In this document: positions 56,745 through 64,000 of the stretch, in pieces
Numbering within the stretch: position 1 is the first letter of the stretch
Layout: every line of letters begins with the position of its first letter
Source: Eledone cirrhosa
Taxonomy: Eukaryota
Reading direction: 5' to 3'
NCBI GenBank assembly: GCA_964016885.1
Contig: OZ024742.1
Span: forward strand, 101,866,001 to 101,930,000
DNA: 64,000 nucleotides
Program-made: the position numbers and the translations under genes
The notes under the pieces: generated by a model
What the model was told of the DNA's origin: nothing
Database searches by the model: none
Seen by the model: the letters and a program-made list of their open reading frames with translations, nothing else

Positions 56745-57053
56745 TAGAGATGCTCAAAGTGGACGTTATTGCTCCCCGTGGGGCGTTGAGAAGGTTCAGG
56801 GGGCACTGGGAGGGGCGGTAGAGATGATATAATAGTATATTAAATATCAAATGATATATATTATATATAAATATAATAAAATAAAACATTTATTTATACA
56901 TAGTATATATTATTTACTATATATGAATTAACGATTTTATTTGTTATTTACAATTTGCATGTAGGCAGGTCTCTCTGGAAATAGGGGCTCGGGTGCTGAG
57001 GCTATTTCGTAGCCATGAGAGGGGTTGGGGTCCAAAAAGTTTCAGAACCTCTG
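56745..57053. mobile_element. Possible hAT-type MITE
   Basis: Imperfect terminal inverted repeats TAGAGATGCTCAAA / TTTCAGAACCTCTG, G-rich subtermini and an AT-rich centre. Confidence 0.35.
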
Positions 57054-59737
57054 GCTGGTGTAATAGAAAACTACCTGATTACCATTGCCACTCCTGACTG
57101 ATCAGTTCTACTATATATCATCAGAGACAAGTGAGATCAGGTGACTGTCTTGTTCACAGAACTGTTTCTGGCTTGGTTTCTACAGATGGATACCTTTCCT
57201 AACACCAACCACATTTACAGTGTAGGCTGGGTACTTCTGAGTGTGGTGTGTAGTGGACAACAGTAATGCATGAGTGAGTTGTTTACTATCTACTTGTTAG
57301 TCATTTTGAGATCTGTTTGTCAAGGAAGTATTATTGTGTATAGATTGATGAATTAAAATTTGAATAGATTTCATGTAGTCTTAACTGCTGATCTGCTTCT
57401 TTAACTCTCTAACATATAAACTTTGTTTCTAAGCCTAACCTAATCCCATTTATGAGTGAGAAAACTTTGAATTGGGTTGTTCCACCTGCTAGAAATTGCA
57501 GCCAGTCTCCTTTTTATCATACCTGTGTGTGTGTGTCACTCCTGATGGAGTTGTAGGTGTGCTGTAGTGACATGCAGCATTTCTTGGGTATCTTAAACTT
57601 GGAGCCCATTCTCTCTCCAGATCTGAATACAGCTGATTTCTTTCGGAGAGAGATTGATAGAGGGGAAGTGAGAGATATAAAGTAAGAATTGACCCCCAGC
57701 ATTGGGATATTATTTTTTTTATTGGCCTCAAAAAGATGAAAGGCAAAGTTGACGTCAGTGGGATTGAACTCAGAACACAGAAAGTGGAAACAAATAACAC
57801 AAAACATTATACCTGATGTTCTAATGACTGCCAATTTGCCATTCTCCCTTACCATCTTAAAAACTAAAAGATATGTTGGATATACAAAAAGATTGGGTAA
57901 ATCATAGGTCATAGGGATGACCTACAGATTGGTACTAAACAGCAACTGCCATCCTGTTTTAACATAGTCTGAAGAATTCTCATAACTAAAGCTTACTCAC
58001 AGTAAATTATTATTTATGCTAACTAAATTTGTGTATTTTTTTGTTAACTCTTTGAGTGCCAAAAAAGTCTACTGGTATATATTTTACCTCCCTCTCCTAA
58101 TGTACCAAAAGCAGACAGTTATATTTTAGTTTGTTTGTGAAACATGGATTCGGACCAAATAAATAAGCAAATATGATTAAAATAACTCTTTTATTCTATT
58201 TTTAACAATTTTTGAAAGATGAAAAATAAAAATGTAATCTCAGTCTAGGGCCATAAAATACCATAAACAACATTGGCACTGAGTTAGGATGATAGATATG
58301 ACTATTTAACTGAAATATTAACTATTTCTTCTGGAATTGTCCTCTGTGTGTGTGTAATTTAGCACTTGATATTTAAACATTTTTTTTAAAGTTCAAAATA
58401 TATTTTAAAAAACAATATCATCATCATCATAAATAGTAACACCACCACCAACACCACCTGCTTTAAGGATTGGTTATGTTTGGAACTTAATACCGTGGGT
58501 GTGTGTCTGTTTGTCTGTGTGTGTAGACAGTGTAGGAAGTAGAGAGTGAGAGGGGGAAGATGTAGTGCTATTTCAAGCAGACTGACTGGGAAACAAACAA
58601 CTTAGTAAATTTAATGTATTGATACAGTAGTGAGCTGTGGTGGATACATCCCAAGGTTAGGGAAAGCCAAGATAGGTTACAGTTGAAATAGTTGTTTGAA
58701 TGAGTCAGTGAGTGAGTGAGTGAGTGTTAATGAAGGGTCATGGTGGTGATAGAGGGAAATGTTAGAGAAATAACACAGGCAAACAGCAGGAGTGAAGGGA
58801 CAGTCATTTGACACAGTAAGTAACCAGGAATTGAGGCTACTATGACTGGAAGAAGTTAGAAGCTTATATATATAAAGAACAAAAATTATTTCCTTTTGAA
58901 AACAGATAGCTGTAATGATGTATATACACATACTAGTTTATCATTGTTTATCCACTGTTTCCCCTGCGTAGCAAGGGTTGGATGTGTCAGTACATACCTG
59001 GCAGTTCTGAAGCAGTGCCACTAACTCCAAGGCAAATCTGACATGCTCCTACGCTATACCAGTTTTATTTTGTTGTGGCACAACACTAAGGCCGTTGTCA
59101 TGTCTAACCTATTCCTAACCCATTGTTTGGCAGATTTTCTATGGCTGGATGACCTTCCTACTGCCAACCCCTTTATAGTGTGTACCGGATGCGTTTACCA
59201 TTAGAATTCAGTAGACTTAAGTAAGTTTATATTACAAACTATTTTTTTTTTAGTCTGTGGCGTTTGAAATGTTTGGGGAAGCTGGGTCACTGGCAGTTTT
59301 TATTGTCATACCAATTTACCAGCTCTTGGTGAGGGTGTTTGTTTATTTCAGCACCCTAGTTTTGCCATCACTCACTGTCACAATGCTGAGAGTGTATTGG
59401 CTTGAATAAAAGAAATTATTAGAGCAAATCTTCAGTACCCCTTGTTGTGGCATGTGATTGGGTGTGCATGTCTTCTCTCTATCTATTTTTCCTTTTATTG
59501 TTCCGCTTTTTTCTTTTTTTTAGTAGTGTGTGTGTGTGTGTGTGTTTTGGTAGAAATCCTTAGAGGAAAAAATCAAGGAAAACTGCTCAATCTGTTGCAA
59601 GAGAGCTTATTTAGTATAAACAAAGTTTCATACACTCAACATGTATGTGCTACCATTGGTTTTGGGGTCCAGTCATGGCCACCACTCCATATTGGAGGAG
59701 GCACTTTTAAACTGGCCCTTCAGTTGGGCACCTGGAC

Positions 59738-59849
<112 letters not shown>

Positions 59850-59880
59850 ATAATAAACCTATTTGATAAATAAATAAATA

Positions 59881-60071
59881 TATAATTGTTTCTACTATTG
59901 GCACAAGGCCAGCAATCACCCAGTACATTACTGGTACTTTATTTTATCAACCCCGTAAGGATGAAAGGCAAAGTTAACCTCGGCGGGATTTGAACTCAGA
60001 ATGGCAAGGGCCGTAACTCTATGCGTCAAAGCAAGGCGTCCGACCCTCTACCGATACTGCCAATTCACCGC
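59881..60071 (-). mobile_element. Full-length Nin-like tRNA SINE
   Basis: Complete head, B box, core and tail on the minus strand. Confidence 0.82.
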
Positions 60072-60734
60072 AGTTGATGCCTGTACAAGCAACTGAATCA
60101 AAGGTTCCCAATCTGGAGTATATTTACTCCTAAATGGGTAAATTTTGCACTTACTCGGGGGCAAAATTTGCTGACATAGTGTTTGTACATATTCTTTTCA
60201 ATTATAATTGGCAGTGTAATTAGAGGCTATAGGACAAAATGCTTTAATTTGTTTGGTTCTCTGTGCTCTGAGTTCAAATCCAGCCTTTCATTTTTATTTA
60301 TTTTTTTATTTTGTGTTGATAAATAAGTCAAGAGCAATGAATTACTGGAATTATTAGTACTGGATGAGATGTCTCGTGGTATTTGTTTTGGCTCTGTATT
60401 CTAGGTTAAAATCCTGTTGTGGTCTTCTCAGGTGGTAGACTTAATGTCTCCTAGTTTAACAGCACCACGTTGCCCTTGGGTGTCTTAGTGGAGTCCACAA
60501 TGTTGCACATTTTTAGGCCAGTCAAGAAAAGTGTCTTGGGCACTGCTTTCTTCTTTGACTAATCAATTAAAAAAAGAAAGTTATTCTAGTGCACTCATGG
60601 CTGTGTGGTTAAGTAGTTGGTTCAGTGTTACTGTAGAGCACTTTGAGCATCTACTATATAGCCTTGGGTTGACCAATGCCTTGTGAGTGACATTTGGTAG
60701 ACAAACTCTGGAAGTTTGTATGTCTATATACGAG

Positions 60735-60832
<98 letters not shown>

Positions 60833-62494
60833 GTGTGTGTATAATTTGTGTCTGGTTAGTTTGTCTATGCCCTGTAACTTAACAGTTTGATAAAATAAGT
60901 AGTAGACTTGAAAAATAAGTACTGGGGTCATTATGATCAACTAAATCCCTTGACTCTGGTGTCCTAGCATGGTCACAGTCTGATTGAAACAGGTAAACGA
61001 ATAAACGAATTCTCTATATTGGCTGTATTTAAAGATTTCCCCTTTTATTGGTTGCTGTATTGTGTGTGGTTTCTGATTCAGACACAGGAAGCAACATGTA
61101 CAATGACACCACTGGCCATAAATGCACAAGGTCCCTAGATACACAACCTGTTGCATTGAAATCTCCCACGAGGTAAAAGGTCCATTGTTTTCCCCTTCCA
61201 CTCATGACATCATTGTATCTGTCACATCTGGTGTGAAACTCAATTGTGAACCATTTGGATTTCTGAATGGCACACCTAATTTCAAAATTACTTTGAATTT
61301 TTTTAGTAGTCTGGCTCACCTTATGATGAGGCTGCTCAAAATGGGTTACCCATGCCTGGTGTAAACTCAAATTATTGAACGAAAAAGGGTTGGAGTATAT
61401 ATATATACTTGAAGAAAAGTTCCCTAGAGGAAAAGAGCTTACTTGGGTTAAAATGCAATAAGAAAACATTCAATATGGACAATCATCATCATGGTTTTTA
61501 TGTTCACTTTTCCATGCTGGCATGGGTTGGACAGGATGGTTTGAGGCTGTTTTACTGTTGAATGCCCTTTCTGACACCAAACCTTTTAGTCACTTACGAC
61601 ATGGTACACAAGGGTACATTGTACCTAGTCTAAAACTCCAGGTTGGGGGTGGGGAAAAATGAAAATTCTGCAGAAGCAGATGGTGGATGAAGTATAAATC
61701 ATTGACTAAATGTAAGAGGAATGTAAGAAAGAGGCAACTGAGAGATAAGATAAACTGAATAGAGGATGTCAAGTGTTGGCTGTAAAGTGAGGAGAGAATT
61801 TAGGGCCATATGGACATATGGTGAGATTGATACTGCTATTTTGGTAGCTTGCCATAAATGAGCTGTACTAATGAATGACTTTTAATTTTGGCATCAGGCC
61901 ACACCATCATCATACACACGTTTTTAGTGAGATAGGTACGATTTATTAAATCAGTTTCAGTATATATATATTAAGGGTGGGTGTGTTTCATCAACTCCTC
62001 AAGAATGAATTACAAAATTTTCAAGAGTATCTAGTATAACACTCAATAAATACTGACAACACTTTTAACCCTTTTGATGCTAAACTTCCTGAAAGCGCCA
62101 CCACCTCTACAATACTAAGCTGTTTGTTTTAAAGTATTTAAAATTATCCAAAACCTTCCATTATATTTTATGTAAGTGCGGTGGATTGGTAGTATCGGTA
62201 GAGATTTGGACGCCATGCTTTGCAGCATAGAGTTACGGCTTTTTCGGTCTAGCTTTGTCTTTCATCCTTACGGGGTCAATAAAATAAAGCACCAGTAATA
62301 CACTAAGGCTCCAAATACCAGCTTAAAATAAAATAGTAATATTACTAAATCACTGCAATTTCTAAACAATTTTCCAAATGACTTGAAATTCATAGTCCTT
62401 CATTAAACATATGGTGATGAAAAGATTAACCTAATGCTCAACTGTTACTCTTCTTTTCTCAAGAATTAATAATACCGCCACCACCACCAATAAT

Positions 62495-62920
62495 AATGGT
62501 TTCTTATATAGGCACAAGGCCAGCAATATGGGGGAGGGAAAGTTGATTATATCGACCTCAGTGTGTGACTGGTACTTTATTTTATCGACCCCTTAAGGAT
62601 GAAAGGCAAAGTTAACCTTGGCCTTTCATCCTTAAGGGGTCGATAAAATAAAGTACCAGTCACATACTGGAGTTGCTATAATCGACTTTCCCCTCCCCCA
62701 TAATGGTTTCTTATTGAGGTACAACGCCAACAATTTTTTGGGGTAGGGAGGTTGATTAAATCAACCCCAGTGCATTACTGGTACTTCATTTTATTAACCC
62801 TGTAAGGATGAAAGGCAAAGCTAACCTCGATAAGATTTGAACTCAGAACGTAAAGGGACGTACTCTATGCCGCAAAGCATGTTGTCCGACGCTCTACCGA
62901 TAATGCCAATTCACCAATAA
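62495..62920. mobile_element. Nin-like SINE cluster with fold-back palindrome at 62527-62702
   Basis: Two ~80-bp inverted arms around a 13-nt spacer, followed by a minus-strand SINE. Confidence 0.75.
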
Positions 62921-64000
62921 TAATAGATGCTCTGGGAATTAAAAAAAAAAACTGAGACTGATACATACCCAAAACCCAAGGACATACAAATATATACAAC
63001 ATACAGAAAATAGCTATATTAAGCACTGCACACATATAAAGAATACTTTAAATTCAAAAGAAACATTAAAAAATAATACTGCACAGGGCTGTGTTCAGTA
63101 ATGCAATGAAAATAAGACTAATAATCATCACTGTTTAACATCCATTTCCCATGGCTGCATGGGTTAGACAAGTATTCCATGTAGAGAGACAAGTTTGGCC
63201 AAAATTGGCCATGCTGTACCTTGCTCAGATGGGACTGTAAATTTGGCCGGGGTTTTTACAGCTGGATGCCCTTCCTAACACCAACCACATTTACAATGTG
63301 AAACTGGATGGTACTGTTATGAGGAGGGACAGGCCAGTTGACTGCGCCAAACCTTCACACAGCGGAGTCATAGTTTGGGAGCTGCAGTCACATTTACAGT
63401 GTGGAAATGGATGGCACCACTATGAGGAGGGACAGGCCAGTTGGCTGTGCCAAACCCTTCTCACAGCAGACTGCTCCTGGGCCTATTATAGAAAACTGCT
63501 TATTTTAAAGTTTTTCTATTCATCAAAAACCCTTCCATCATAATTTTAAGAACCTTTTACATTTTTCTCCAAACACCAGCTAAATAATGAGAAACTTATA
63601 TTATTAAATCCTTCTAAATAATTTTCAAAGTTAATGGAAAATAATAGGCAATGTCTGTCATTAGAATTATGGTAAAAGGTTAAAATGAGGATACTGATTT
63701 ATAAGGGAGTGGTTGTCTTAATTATGAACCATAATATTGTTGACTCTGGAAGAATGTTGAAAGCTTGTGGAATTTATACAAAGTACTGTAGTTAAACACT
63801 GTAATGCTTTTAGTCTTACTCTCTACCAGTTAAGATATTTCACTGACATCATCATCATATGTCTGCTTTCTACACTGGCATGGGTTGGATGGGTTGTCAT
63901 GGACCAAGACCAGAATAGTAAGAGAAATTTCATGTTGCTCACATGTTCCATATTTGGCATGGTTTCTACAACTGGATGCCTGTCCAAATGCCAATCACCT

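Noticed and set aside
61029-61469. 146-aa ORF containing VGDFNA
   Set aside because: At most a decayed APE-endonuclease remnant; too little support for a gene or a defined element.

Overview
Eukaryotic (animal) repeat-rich DNA with no recognisable host protein-coding gene. The SINE and RTE repertoire suggests a mollusc, probably a cephalopod such as octopus; this is inferred from repeat content only. Bases 1 to ~37,300 are a long (TA)n/(TATG)n microsatellite field carrying young retroelements: a Penelope-like element (RT plus C-terminal GIY-YIG), a CR1-group LINE, an R4/Dong-like RLE element, RTE LINEs with a PHD finger, and non-autonomous RTE derivatives. Bases ~37,300 to 64,000 look like ordinary intronic or intergenic DNA with older SINEs, MITEs and decayed LINEs. 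The main signal not shown by the ORF track is a set of minimal type-I hammerhead ribozyme (HHR) motifs: about 8 recognisable and 2 degenerate, in at least four distinct repeat families. Two related non-coding ~460-bp HHR repeat families form tandem and inverted arrays (5.3-7.35 kb and 16.1-17.1 kb) that resemble retrozymes. One array breaks at the predicted self-cleavage site, within a 3-nt microhomology. Nearly all long ORFs in the track are microsatellite artefacts.
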